A stretch of 37,979 nucleotides of DNA from Faecalibacterium sp. (GCA_051882435.1 JBJERT010000027.1:1-37979); one strand, 5' to 3'. Numbered from the stretch's first letter, positions 1-9,278 are shown. The notes: generated from the sequence alone by a model not told the origin. Translations and numbers: made by a program.

Positions 1-14
1 TTTTCGCACTTCAG

Positions 15-52
15 ACAAGGCGGAGTCTCATGAGAGGCTCCGCCTTGTTTTA
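15..52 (+). terminator. Intrinsic terminator of an upstream gene outside the window
   Basis: Stem ACAAGGCGGAGTCTC / GAGGCTCCGCCTTGT followed by a T run. Confidence 0.7.
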
Positions 53-222
53 TGCGGCGTGTCCCGGGCATCTGCATCGCTCTGGAAAGGGGAGGAAGCC
101 GGATTTTTATACAGGAAATCGGGAAGGGTGTACAAAAAATACAAAGTTTTTTCAAAAATATTCCATTTTTGCCCTGTCTTTTCGTCATAATCGGAAACTT
201 TTCCCAAAAAGGGGCAGAGTGA

Positions 223-251
223 TTGACATTTGATTTATGATTGTTTAAGAT
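223..251 (+). promoter_or_regulatory. Sigma-A promoter of the pot operon
   Basis: TTGACA-17 bp-TAAGAT. Confidence 0.7.
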
Positions 252-330
252 AAGGCAAACAGGGAGAGAGAATCTGCGCAGATCCGGCAACGATGGACGA
301 TGCGCGGGGACCGGGTGCCCTGGTACGGGG

Positions 331-357
331 GATGGGGTCAAGAACCCTGTCTTTTTT
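331..357 (+). terminator. Terminator-like hairpin in the potA 5' leader (possible attenuator)
   Basis: GATGGGGT-CAAGA-ACCCTGTC (with G-U pairs) plus TTTTTT, between promoter and RBS. Confidence 0.45.
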
Positions 358-389
358 CGTATCTGAATTTAAGGAGGCATTGTTTCAAA

Positions 390-1436
390 ATGGACAACTC
401 GGTGATCGTATCATTGCAGGACATCGTGGTGGAGTTCGACGGCCAGCGCATTCTGGACGGGCTGCACCTCGATATCCACGACAAGGAATTTGTCACGCTG
501 CTGGGTCCCTCCGGCTGCGGAAAAACAACGACACTTCGACTGATCGCTGGCTTTCTGGAACCAGACGCAGGCAAGGTCTTTCTCAAGGGTGAGGATATCA
601 CCGGCGTGCCTCCTTATCGACGGCCGGTGAATACGGTGTTCCAGAAGTACGCGTTGTTCCCGCACCTGAATGTGTTCGAGAACGTAGCCTTTGGCCTCCG
701 GCTGAAAAAGATGGATGAAAACACCATCCGCCGCAAGGTGCAGGAGATGCTGGAGGTCGTCGGCCTGAAGGGCTTCGAGCGGCGGAGCATCGGCCAGATG
801 TCCGGCGGCCAGCAGCAGCGCGTGGCGATCGCGCGCAGTCTGGTCAATGAGCCGGAGATCCTGCTGCTGGACGAGCCGCTGGGCGCGCTGGACCTCAAGC
901 TGCGCAAGGAAATGCAGCTCGAGCTGAAGCGGCTGCAGCGTGAAATGAACATCACCTTTATCTATGTTACCCATGACCAGGAAGAGGCTCTGACCATGTC
1001 GGACACGGTGGTCGTCATGAACGGCGGCCGTGTGCAGCAGATCGGTACCCCAGAGGATATCTACAATGAGCCGACCAATGCCTTCGTGGCGGACTTTATC
1101 GGCGCTTCCAACATCGTGGACGGCGTGATGCACCGCGATTTCCTGGTCTCCTTTGCGGGGACAGAGTTCCCCTGTGTGGACCGCGGCTTTGCGCGGGAGC
1201 AGAGCGTGCAGGTAGTCATCCGGCCGGAGGACATCGAGGTGGTCTCCCCGATGGAGGGCCAGCTCACCGGTGTGGTGAATGAGGTCATCTTCAAGGGCGT
1301 ACACTTCGAGATGCATGTAGACTGCGACGGCCGCGAGTGGCTCATCCACTCCACCCGCGCCTGCACGCCGGGGGAGACCATCGGCATGCGCATCGGCCCC
1401 AACGAGATCCATATCATGGCGCGTTCGGAGGGCTGA
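390..1436 (+). CDS. potA: Spermidine/putrescine ABC transporter ATP-binding protein
   Basis: Walker A GPSGCGKT, signature [15 protein letters not shown]-terminal TOBE-like region; AAGGAGG RBS supports ATG at 390 rather than 300. Confidence 0.93.
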   Translation: MDNSVIVSLQDIVVEFDGQRILDGLHLDIHDKEFVTLLGPSGCGKTTTLRLIAGFLEPDAGKVFLKGEDITGVPPYRRPVNTVFQKYALFPHLNVFENVAFGLRLKKMDENTIRRKVQEMLEVVGLKGFERRSIGQMSGGQQQRVAIARSLVNEPEILLLDEPLGALDLKLRKEMQLELKRLQREMNITFIYVTHDQEEALTMSDTVVVMNGGRVQQIGTPEDIYNEPTNAFVADFIGASNIVDGVMHRDFLVSFAGTEFPCVDRGFAREQSVQVVIRPEDIEVVSPMEGQLTGVVNEVIFKGVHFEMHVDCDGREWLIHSTRACTPGETIGMRIGPNEIHIMARSEG

Positions 1437-1443
1437 CGAAGAA

Positions 1444-2259
1444 ATGAAGATCTATGATAAGCGTCTGGCCTATCCCTATCTGGTATGGATGGTCCTGTTC
1501 ACGGTGGTCCCGCTGCTCATCGTGGTCTATTATGCCCTGACCGATGGCGAGGGGCATTTCACCCTGACAAATCTTGCCTCGATCAGCGGTTATGGCTCGG
1601 TGTTCGCCCGCAGTCTGCTTCTGGCGCTCATCGCCACAGTGCTGTGTCTGGTGCTGGCATTTCCCATTGGTTATTTCCTCTCCCGTCTGCGGGTGAACAA
1701 GCAGCACATCATGCTCATGCTGGTCATGCTGCCCATGTGGATGAACTTTCTGCTGCGTACCTATGCATGGATGGGCCTGCTCAGTGTCAACGGTCCGGTC
1801 AACACGGTGCTGGGCTTTTTGGGGCTGGGACCCTATACCATGCTCAACACCGCCGGTGCAGTGGTGCTGGGCATGGTGTACAACTACCTGCCCTATATGA
1901 TCCTTCCGCTCTACACCAGCATGACCAAGATCGACCAGAGCGTGATCGAAGCCGCGCAGGACCTGGGCGCCAGCACGACCCAGACGCTGGTGCGGGTGCT
2001 CATCCCCATGAGCATGCCCGGCGTGAGCACCGGCATCACCATGGTGTTCGTCCCGGCGGTCTCGACCTTCGTGATCAGCCGTATGCTGGGCGGTGGTTCC
2101 AATCTGCTGATCGGCGACCTGATCGAGATGCAGTTTTTGGGGAACAGCTACAACCTGAACGTAGGCTCGGCCATGAGCCTTGTGCTGATGATCATCGTTC
2201 TGCTGTGCATGAGCTTTACTTCGAGCTTCGACGAGGATGAGATGGAGGGCGTGTCCTGA
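1444..2259 (+). CDS. potB: Spermidine/putrescine ABC transporter permease
   Basis: Multiple TM helices, LPMWMNFLLRTYAW, EAA loop EAAQDLGA; operon position. Confidence 0.92.
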   Translation: MKIYDKRLAYPYLVWMVLFTVVPLLIVVYYALTDGEGHFTLTNLASISGYGSVFARSLLLALIATVLCLVLAFPIGYFLSRLRVNKQHIMLMLVMLPMWMNFLLRTYAWMGLLSVNGPVNTVLGFLGLGPYTMLNTAGAVVLGMVYNYLPYMILPLYTSMTKIDQSVIEAAQDLGASTTQTLVRVLIPMSMPGVSTGITMVFVPAVSTFVISRMLGGGSNLLIGDLIEMQFLGNSYNLNVGSAMSLVLMIIVLLCMSFTSSFDEDEMEGVS

Positions 2260-3107
2260 TGAAAACAAAGCATCTTCGCATTTTTCAGCGCGCCTATGTT
2301 GTGCTGTTCTTTTGCTTCATGTATCTGCCCATCGCGTATATGATCGTGTTCAGCTTCAACCAGAGCAAGGGCTACTCGCTGTTCACCGGCTTTACGCTGA
2401 AGTGGTACGCCAGCCTGTTCACCAACTCCAATATCCTGCATGCGCTGTGGGTGTCGCTGGAGGTGGCGCTGGTCTCAGCGGTCATTGCGACCGTGCTGGG
2501 CACGGCGGCTTCGCTGGGCATCGCGGCGATGGGCCGCAAGAGCCGGCTGCTGGTCACGAACGTCACCTATATCCCGGTCGTCAACCCGGAGATCATCACC
2601 GGTATCTCGCTGATGCTGCTGTTCGTGGCCTATCAGCGCTTTGCCGCCGATGTGTCCTGGCTGCCGGATACTATTATGGGCATCCCCACGCTGCTCATCG
2701 CGCATATTGCGTTCAATGTGCCCTATGTCATCTTCAATGTCAGCCCCAAGCTGCGGCAGCTGGATATCCGCCTCTATGAGGCGGCGCTGGATCTGGGCTG
2801 TGACCCGAAGCAGGCCTTTTTCAAGGTCATTCTGCCGGAGATCAGCCCGGCGATCCTGTCGGCCTTCCTTATCTGCCTGACCTATTCCATCGATGACTTC
2901 ATGATCTCCTACTTCAACTGCGGCACGGTGGAGACGCTGCCCATCGCGATCTATTCCATGACACGAAAGAAGGTCAGCCCGGAGATCTACGCGCTGTCCA
3001 CGATCATGTTCGTGGTCATCCTGACCATCATCCTGGTGTCCAACGCGCTGGAGAGCCGCAGCTATCACCGTGACCAGAAAGCGCTGAGAGGGGAGGCACA
3101 AAAGTGA
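2259..3107 (+). CDS. potC: Spermidine/putrescine ABC transporter permease
   Basis: YLPI..FSFN, FTLKWY, PEIITG, EAALDLG; overlaps potB stop. Confidence 0.92.
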   Translation: MKTKHLRIFQRAYVVLFFCFMYLPIAYMIVFSFNQSKGYSLFTGFTLKWYASLFTNSNILHALWVSLEVALVSAVIATVLGTAASLGIAAMGRKSRLLVTNVTYIPVVNPEIITGISLMLLFVAYQRFAADVSWLPDTIMGIPTLLIAHIAFNVPYVIFNVSPKLRQLDIRLYEAALDLGCDPKQAFFKVILPEISPAILSAFLICLTYSIDDFMISYFNCGTVETLPIAIYSMTRKKVSPEIYALSTIMFVVILTIILVSNALESRSYHRDQKALRGEAQK

Positions 3108-4339
3108 AGAAACGTGCATTTGCTCTTTTGCTTGCGCTGGTATTCGCGCTGGCGCTGCCTGCCCCGGCCCTTGCGGCGGGAACGATCGAGGTCACAGAGG
3201 ATATCTCTGTTTCGGCAGATTACGATTGGACCCGTTTCGCGGGCCAGAACCTGACGCTCAACGTCTACAACTGGGGCGAGTACATCTCCAATGGCTCGGA
3301 TGACAGTGTGGATGTGGTGGATGCCTTTGAGCGGCTCACCGGCATCAAGGTGAACTATACCACCTTCGATTCCAATGAATCCATGTATGCCAAGCTGAAA
3401 TCCGGCGCCGCTAACTATGATGTCATCATTCCCTCGGACTACATGGTGGCCAAGATGATCGCGGAGGAGATGCTGCTGCCCCTGGATTACAGCAACATCC
3501 CCAATTTTGCCGCGATCAATGAGGAATACCGCTGCCCGGATTACGACCCGGACAACGCCTATACGGTGCCCTACATGCTCTGCACCACCGGCATCATCTA
3601 CAATACCACGATGGTAGAGGAGGCCCCCACAGCCTGGGCGGACCTGTGGGATGAGCAGTATGCCGGCAGCATCCTGATGTTCAACAACAGCCGCGATGCC
3701 TATTCCATCGCCGCCTTCAAGCTGGGCAAGAGCATCAATCCTTCCTCGGCTGCCGAGGTGGATGAGGTAGTGGAGGAGCTGAAAAAACAGAAGCCCCTCG
3801 TGCAGGCCTATGTTATGGATGAGATCTTTGACAAAATGATCGGCGGCGAGGCCGCGGTGGGCGTCTACTATTCGGGCGACGCCATTACCATGATCGATGA
3901 CAATCCCGACCTTGCTTGGGTGTTCCCGGAGGAGGGCAGCGTCCTCTCTGTAGACTGCATGTGCGTCCCCGCCACCAGCCAGCACCAGGAAGCGGCGGAA
4001 ATGTTCATCAATTTCATGTGTGAACAGGACGTCGGCGTAGCCAATACGGAATATATCGGCTATACGACCCCCATGGAGAACGTCTGGGAGGCGCTGGACG
4101 AAGAGCTGAAATACAGCGAGATCGCTTATCCCGCCGAAGAGCTGGCCGCAAAGGAGCAGGTATTCACGGCGCTGAGCGATGAGGTGAACAGCGAGCTGGA
4201 TGTGAAGTGGAGCGAGATGAAGAGCTACGATGAGGGCGGCAGCGCAGTCATTTTTCTGCTGCTCCTGCTGGCGATGCTGGCATTGGCGATCTTCAACATC
4301 TGGCGCAAGCTGCGCAAAAAGAGCCGGAACCAATACTAA
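3104..4339 (+). CDS. potD: Spermidine/putrescine-binding protein with C-terminal membrane anchor
   Basis: LNVYNWGEYI, FDSNESMYAKL, PSDYMV motifs; cleavable signal peptide; C-terminal hydrophobic helix with basic tail. Confidence 0.92.
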   Translation: MKKRAFALLLALVFALALPAPALAAGTIEVTEDISVSADYDWTRFAGQNLTLNVYNWGEYISNGSDDSVDVVDAFERLTGIKVNYTTFDSNESMYAKLKSGAANYDVIIPSDYMVAKMIAEEMLLPLDYSNIPNFAAINEEYRCPDYDPDNAYTVPYMLCTTGIIYNTTMVEEAPTAWADLWDEQYAGSILMFNNSRDAYSIAAFKLGKSINPSSAAEVDEVVEELKKQKPLVQAYVMDEIFDKMIGGEAAVGVYYSGDAITMIDDNPDLAWVFPEEGSVLSVDCMCVPATSQHQEAAEMFINFMCEQDVGVANTEYIGYTTPMENVWEALDEELKYSEIAYPAEELAAKEQVFTALSDEVNSELDVKWSEMKSYDEGGSAVIFLLLLLAMLALAIFNIWRKLRKKSRNQY

Positions 4340-4352
4340 AAATACCCATCCG

Positions 4353-4386
4353 GGGCGGGCTGCGTAAAAAGCGGCCTGCCCTTTTT
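4353..4386 (+). terminator. Intrinsic terminator of the pot operon
   Basis: GGGCGGGCTGC / GCGGCCTGCCC stem plus TTTTT. Confidence 0.75.
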
Positions 4387-4406
4387 GAAAACAGGGAGGA
4401 GAACCG

Positions 4407-5138
4407 ATGCTGTATCAGTATACCGAAACGATGACCGTCCGCAATGCGGATTCGGATTTCCGCGGGGGAATGAAGCCCGGTGCGCTGCTACGCTGTGTGG
4501 AGCAGATCAGCGCTGACCACATCCGTTTGTTCGGCATGGATGACCAATTCTTCAAGGACCGGCAGGCAGCGCTGCTGGTGGGGCGGCAGGCACTGCGTTT
4601 TCTCCGTGTGCCCCGTCGCGCCGAGGAGCTGACACTGACGACCATCGCGGAACGGGCCAAGCGCGGCACACTGAAACGGATCACCGTGCTGTCCGATGCG
4701 GCCGGGCAGGAGGTCGCCCGGGTGGACAGCCGCTGGATCACGGTCGACACCGCAAAGGGGTGCATCGTGCGCGAGCCGAACTGGATGAAGGAGGGCATCT
4801 GCAACGACGATATCCCGGACGAGCTGCCCCAGCAGGTCCACCGCGCGAAAGATTTGACCTTTGCGGGCACATGGAAGGCTCATTATTCTTTGTGCGATAT
4901 CAACGGCCACCTGAACAATGCCTGCTATCTGGATATCGCCTGTGACGCTCTGCCGCCGCAGGTGCTGGAACAGGGGCCGGTGGTGTTTGCTTCCGTCAAA
5001 TACAATCGTGAGGTGCCAAAAGGGGAGAGCATGGAAGTATTCTATGCGCCTTCGGGGGATGGCTGGTATCTCGTGGGCCGCCGCGAGGGGCACAATGCCT
5101 TCGAGTGCTATCTTGAGCTTGGCTGCGGAAAAAACTGA
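4407..5138 (+). CDS. Acyl-ACP thioesterase (FatA/FatB-like, double hotdog)
   Basis: Catalytic-type motif DINGHLNNACY; GGGAGG RBS. Confidence 0.85.
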   Translation: MLYQYTETMTVRNADSDFRGGMKPGALLRCVEQISADHIRLFGMDDQFFKDRQAALLVGRQALRFLRVPRRAEELTLTTIAERAKRGTLKRITVLSDAAGQEVARVDSRWITVDTAKGCIVREPNWMKEGICNDDIPDELPQQVHRAKDLTFAGTWKAHYSLCDINGHLNNACYLDIACDALPPQVLEQGPVVFASVKYNREVPKGESMEVFYAPSGDGWYLVGRREGHNAFECYLELGCGKN

Positions 5139-5145
5139 AAAAGAA

Positions 5146-5208
5146 ATTACAAAAAAATTACAAAAAGGTATTGCAAAACAGTATCAAAAGGGTTACAATA
5201 TAGTTACA
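5146..5208 (+). promoter_or_regulatory. Sigma-A promoter with two OmpR-family direct-repeat boxes
   Basis: TTGCAA(5171)-17 bp-TACAAT(5194); ATTACA-N5-ATTACA at 5146-5162 and GTTACA-N5-GTTACA at 5192-5208. Confidence 0.7.
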
Positions 5209-5388
5209 GCAGGGAGGAACGGAACTGCCTGCTGTGTGAGATCTTTTTCTACTTGTTCTTGAGGTGCCGGGCGCGGGCCTCCTCCTCCGACTGTACTCCT
5301 TCGCAGCCGTTACCCCGCGCCGCACAGGCGGCAGCCTCGCTTCGTGTGCAAAAAAGTCCGTCCTCTTTTGTGGGACGGGCTTTTTTGC
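5206..5388 (+). ncRNA. Putative trans-acting small RNA (~180 nt) with C-rich anti-SD loops
   Basis: Own promoter, 5' hairpin ACAGCAGG/CCTGCTGT, nested stems around CCTCCTCCTCC and CTCCTT, own terminator; no credible ORF. Confidence 0.6.
5348..5388 (+). terminator. Intrinsic (bidirectional-type) terminator
   Basis: GCAAAAAAGTCCGTCC / GGACGGGCTTTTTTGC. Confidence 0.8.
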
Positions 5389-5500
5389 GTCCGGCGTCAT
5401 CCGGCAGCCGGATGAGTATGACTTTTTTGGCTTTCCTATACAAAATGCCTGTTTTTCTGTGCAGTGTGTTTTGAAAGTTTGTGCCGCAGAGGTTTTGTAT

Positions 5501-5551
5501 TTGACCGGCAAATATGGTATTATATTATATAATCATTTTGCCTTATCCACA
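5501..5551 (+). promoter_or_regulatory. guaB promoter with downstream DnaA box
   Basis: TTGACC at 5501 with TATTAT/TATAAT candidates at 5523-5533; perfect TTATCCACA at 5543-5551. Confidence 0.55.
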
Positions 5552-5620
5552 CATGAAATTTTTTGTTGTTATACGGATGGCCGCGTGGCTGGCCTGTGAG
5601 CAGAGAAAAGGAGTTTGATT

Positions 5621-7135
5621 ATGGCTTATTTTTATGAAGAACCCTCTCGTACCTTTGGCGAATACCTGCTGGTGCCGGGCTATTCCTCCGCGGAAAATGT
5701 CCCTGCAGCCGTCAGCCTCAAGACCCCGCTGGTCAAATACCGCAAGGGCGAGGAGAAATGCCCGCTGGAAATGAACATCCCCATGATCAGCGCCATCATG
5801 CAGTCGGTCTCCGGCGACCGTCTGGCCATCGCGCTGGCGCGCCAGGGCGGCGTTTCTTTCATCTATGGCTCCCAGAGCGTCGCGGACGAGGCCGCCATGG
5901 TGCGCCGCGTCAAGAACTATAAGGCGGGCTATGTGGTCTCGGATTCCAACCTGGCTCCCAACGCTACCCTGCACGATGTGCTGGAGCTGAAAGCCCGCAC
6001 CGGCCATTCCACCATCGCCATCACCGAGGACGGCACGGCCAACGGCAAGCTGCTGGGCATCGTGGCCTCTCGTGATTACCGTGTCAACCATACCCCGGAT
6101 GATGCCTGCGTCACGACCTTTATGACCCCGCTGGAAAAGCTGGTCACTGCGCCGGAGAACACTTCTCTGCATGACTGCAACAACATCATCTGGGACAACA
6201 AGATCAATACCCTTCCGCTGGTGGATGAGAACGGCTGCCTGAAATATTTCGTTTTCCGCAAGGACTACAATTCTCACAAAGAGAACGCCAACGAGCTGCT
6301 GGACGCCAACAAGAGCTATGTGGTGGGTGCCGGTATCAATACCCGCGATTATGCGGAGCGTGTGCCTGCGCTGGTGGAGGCAGGTGTGGATGTGCTGTGC
6401 ATCGACTCCTCCGAGGGCTTCTCGGAGTGGCAGAGCCGCACCATCGCCTGGATCCGTGAGCGCTACGGCGACAAGGTTAAGGTCGGTGCGGGCAACGTCG
6501 TGGATCGTGACGGTTTCCGGTTCCTCGCTGAGGCAGGCGCGGACTTCGTCAAGATCGGCATCGGCGGCGGCTCGATCTGCATTACCCGTGAGACCAAGGG
6601 CATCGGCCGCGGCCAGGCCACGGCGGTCATCGAGGTGGCCAAGGCCCGTGACGAATACTTCAAGGAGACCGGCGTCTATGTGCCGATCTGCTCGGATGGC
6701 GGTATCGTCCACGATTACCACATCACGCTCGCACTGGCTATGGGTGCCGATTTCGTCATGCTGGGCCGTTACTTTGCCCGTTTTGACGAAAGCCCCACCA
6801 ATAAGGTGCGCATCAATGGCCAGTATATGAAGGAATACTGGGGCGAAGGCTCCAACCGTGCGCGCAACTGGCAGCGCTACGATCTGGGCGGTGCCTCCAA
6901 GCTGACCTTTGAAGAAGGCGTGGACAGCTATGTCCCGTATGCCGGCCCGCTGGCGGATGGCGTCCAGACCACCCTGTACAAGGTCAAGAGCACCATGTGC
7001 AACTGCGGCGCGCTGTCGATCCCCGAACTGCAGCAGAAGGCCAAGCTGACGGTCGTTTCCTCCACTTCTATTGTGGAAGGCGGCAGCCACGACGTCATGC
7101 TGAAGAATGCGACCCCCAGTATCATGAATGGCTGA
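5621..7135 (+). CDS. guaB: IMP dehydrogenase
   Basis: Catalytic loop [13 protein letters not shown] insert, SDGGI, YWGEGS; AAAGGAG RBS supports ATG at 5621. Confidence 0.95.
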   Translation: MAYFYEEPSRTFGEYLLVPGYSSAENVPAAVSLKTPLVKYRKGEEKCPLEMNIPMISAIMQSVSGDRLAIALARQGGVSFIYGSQSVADEAAMVRRVKNYKAGYVVSDSNLAPNATLHDVLELKARTGHSTIAITEDGTANGKLLGIVASRDYRVNHTPDDACVTTFMTPLEKLVTAPENTSLHDCNNIIWDNKINTLPLVDENGCLKYFVFRKDYNSHKENANELLDANKSYVVGAGINTRDYAERVPALVEAGVDVLCIDSSEGFSEWQSRTIAWIRERYGDKVKVGAGNVVDRDGFRFLAEAGADFVKIGIGGGSICITRETKGIGRGQATAVIEVAKARDEYFKETGVYVPICSDGGIVHDYHITLALAMGADFVMLGRYFARFDESPTNKVRINGQYMKEYWGEGSNRARNWQRYDLGGASKLTFEEGVDSYVPYAGPLADGVQTTLYKVKSTMCNCGALSIPELQQKAKLTVVSSTSIVEGGSHDVMLKNATPSIMNG

Positions 7136-7159
7136 GCCGTCCTGTGATCAAAATGCCCG

Positions 7160-7189
7160 GAGACTGCCGCATTGCGGCAGTCTCTTTTT
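7160..7189 (+). terminator. guaB terminator
   Basis: Perfect stem GAGACTGCCGC / GCGGCAGTCTC plus TTTTT. Confidence 0.85.
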
Positions 7190-7273
7190 CTGTCTATACA
7201 GGGAAGTGTTCATTGTGTCAAGACAGATATCAAGATATTTGTTCCCGATTTGACTGGAATTTTGCAAAAGCTC

Positions 7274-7302
7274 TTGCACCACATCCAAAATGATGCTATG
7301 AT
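7274..7302 (+). promoter_or_regulatory. Sigma-A promoter of pncB
   Basis: TTGCAC-17 bp-TATGAT with extended TG. Confidence 0.65.
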
Positions 7303-7363
7303 GATACAAACGCCTCCATAGGGGCGGTGCTATCGGCGGACGAAAAGAAAAGAGGAAATTTTC

Positions 7364-8881
7364 ATGGAAGAGATCAAGGTTGTTCCCTATATCCCGGATG
7401 AAGATTATGATAATCCCGCCATGGTCGTGGATTTTTATGAATTTACAATGGCCAACTGCCTGTTCCTGCACGGCTACAAGGATACGACGCTGGTCTTTGA
7501 CATGTTCTTCCGCAAGAATCCCAACGATCAGGGCTATTCCATCAGCGCAGGCCAGCGCAAGCTGACCCGGTTTTTGCTGAACTACCACTTTAATGCACAG
7601 GATATCTGGTGGCTGCGCACCAAAGGCATGAGCGAAGAATTTTGCGACTATCTCCGTACCTATCGCTGGAAAGGCGATATGTACGCCCTGCCGGAGGGTA
7701 CGGTCTGTTACCCGCATGTCCAGATGGTGCGTATCGAATGTGATCTGGTGGGAGCCATCCTGATCGAGACCTATCTGCTCCAGACGATGAACTTCCACAG
7801 CCTGATCGCGACCAAGGCGACCCGTGTCGTCGGTCTGAACACCAAGACGCCCCGCAGCGTGATGGAATTTGGCACGCGGCGCGCACAGGGCGAGAGCGCG
7901 GGCAACGACGGCGCGTATGCGGCGATCCTGGGCGGCTGCGTGGGTACGGCAAACTGCCTGGCCGAGATGAAATTCGGCGAGGAAGTCAAGGCTGTGGGGA
8001 CGGTCGCGCACAGCTTCATCGAGTTTTTTCCCACCGAGTTCGATGCGTTCAAGGCGTTCGCAGACACTTATCCCGACTCGGTGAGCCTTCTGCTGGACAC
8101 CTACAACATCATGGAAAGCGGCCTGCCCAACCTCATCAAGCTGGACGATTACCTCATCGAGAAATACCCGGATGACCCCAACAAACGTGTGAAATCGGCC
8201 CGCATCGATTCCGGCGACCTTGCCCGCGGCTCCAAGCGGCTGCGCAAGGCACTGGACGCGGCCGGAAAGCCGTATATCAAGCTCGTGGCCTCCAACGGCC
8301 TGGATGAGAAGAAGATCGCTAATATGGAGCTGTATGAGCATGCTCATTTCGACTCCTACGGCGTGGGCGAGAATCTGATCACCTCCGCGTCCGATCCGGT
8401 ATTCGGCGGTGTGTACAAGCTGGTAGCCGTCAAGCAGCCGGACGGCAGCTATCAGCCCAAAATGAAATGCTCTGACTCGGCCAGCAAGGCGATCATCCCG
8501 GGCAAAAAGATGCCGTGGCGCCTCTACGATGAAAACGGACAGGCACAGTGTGACCTCATCGCGATGGATGATGAGGTCATTGAGGCCGGCAAACCGGTCA
8601 CGATGGTCAATCTGGACCCCGACGCGATCGAGCGCTCTATCACGATCACGCCGACAGCCGTCAAGCGCCTGCTGGTGCCGCATGTTCTGGGCGGTCAGCT
8701 CGCCATTGACCTGCCTTCGATCGCAGAGAAGAAAGCGTATATTGCCCGCCAGCTCACAGATGAGACCTGGGAGAGCGAGCTGCGGTTGGAGTGCCCGCAC
8801 AAGCATTATGTCAATATGACTCCTGCTGTGGCAGAGTGCCGCACAAAAATGTACGCCGAACTGCACGGCGGCAAGGTGTGA
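7364..8881 (+). CDS. pncB: Nicotinate phosphoribosyltransferase
   Basis: DFYEFTMA, EFGTRRAQ, GTVAHS, LLDTY, RIDSGDL, GGVYKL motifs. Confidence 0.95.
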   Translation: MEEIKVVPYIPDEDYDNPAMVVDFYEFTMANCLFLHGYKDTTLVFDMFFRKNPNDQGYSISAGQRKLTRFLLNYHFNAQDIWWLRTKGMSEEFCDYLRTYRWKGDMYALPEGTVCYPHVQMVRIECDLVGAILIETYLLQTMNFHSLIATKATRVVGLNTKTPRSVMEFGTRRAQGESAGNDGAYAAILGGCVGTANCLAEMKFGEEVKAVGTVAHSFIEFFPTEFDAFKAFADTYPDSVSLLLDTYNIMESGLPNLIKLDDYLIEKYPDDPNKRVKSARIDSGDLARGSKRLRKALDAAGKPYIKLVASNGLDEKKIANMELYEHAHFDSYGVGENLITSASDPVFGGVYKLVAVKQPDGSYQPKMKCSDSASKAIIPGKKMPWRLYDENGQAQCDLIAMDDEVIEAGKPVTMVNLDPDAIERSITITPTAVKRLLVPHVLGGQLAIDLPSIAEKKAYIARQLTDETWESELRLECPHKHYVNMTPAVAECRTKMYAELHGGKV

Positions 8882-8911
8882 GTTCTGCTGTAAAAAACAC
8901 GGCCTCTTTTC

Positions 8912-8940
8912 TTGACAAAGCGTTATTTCTATTGTATCAT
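8912..8940 (+). promoter_or_regulatory. Sigma-A promoter of tRNA-Leu
   Basis: TTGACA-17 bp-TATCAT. Confidence 0.75.
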
Positions 8941-8985
8941 AATAAAGCCGCCGCACGTTGCCGCAGCGTGCGGCGCTCTCTTTTA

Positions 8986-9069
8986 GCCGCTGTGGTGAAA
9001 TTGGCAGACACGAGGGACTTAAAATCCCTTGCTGGAGACAGCGTACGGGTTCGACCCCCGTCGGCGGCA
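8986..9069 (+). tRNA. tRNA-Leu(TAA)
   Basis: Acceptor GCCGCTG/CGGCGGC, anticodon arm AGGGA-CTTAAAA-TCCCT, long variable arm, GGTTCGAC T-loop; CCA not encoded. Confidence 0.95.
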
Positions 9070-9157
9070 TTAAAAAGTAACGTTTCCATGCGTTAAAGTC
9101 GGTGCTCTTGTTTTGGGCGAATATCCACACTGCAACCCACTTTTGCAAGAGATGCGC

Positions 9158-9207
9158 AAAGACGTCCCTGTGTTACACTGTTTCCAGTGCAGCATAGGGA
9201 CGTTTTT
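9158..9207 (+). terminator. Long hairpin, probable tRNA-Leu terminator
   Basis: AAAGACGTCCCTGTGTTACACTG / CAGTGCAGCATAGGGACGTTTTT. Confidence 0.6.
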
Positions 9208-9233
9208 CATCAGCGAACAAGAGGTCAAAAAGG

Positions 9234-9278
9234 AAAACCCCCGAAAATCGGCTTCACGAGCCAATTTTCGGGGGTTTT
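9234..9278 (-). terminator. Hairpin, probable tRNA-Thr terminator
   Basis: AAAACCCCCGAAAAT..GGCT / AGCC..ATTTTCGGGGGTTTT directly 3' of tRNA-Thr. Confidence 0.7.

Noticed and set aside
5206-5620. Purine riboswitch upstream of guaB
   Set aside because: No purine aptamer core is visible, and guaB has a separate promoter after the terminator.
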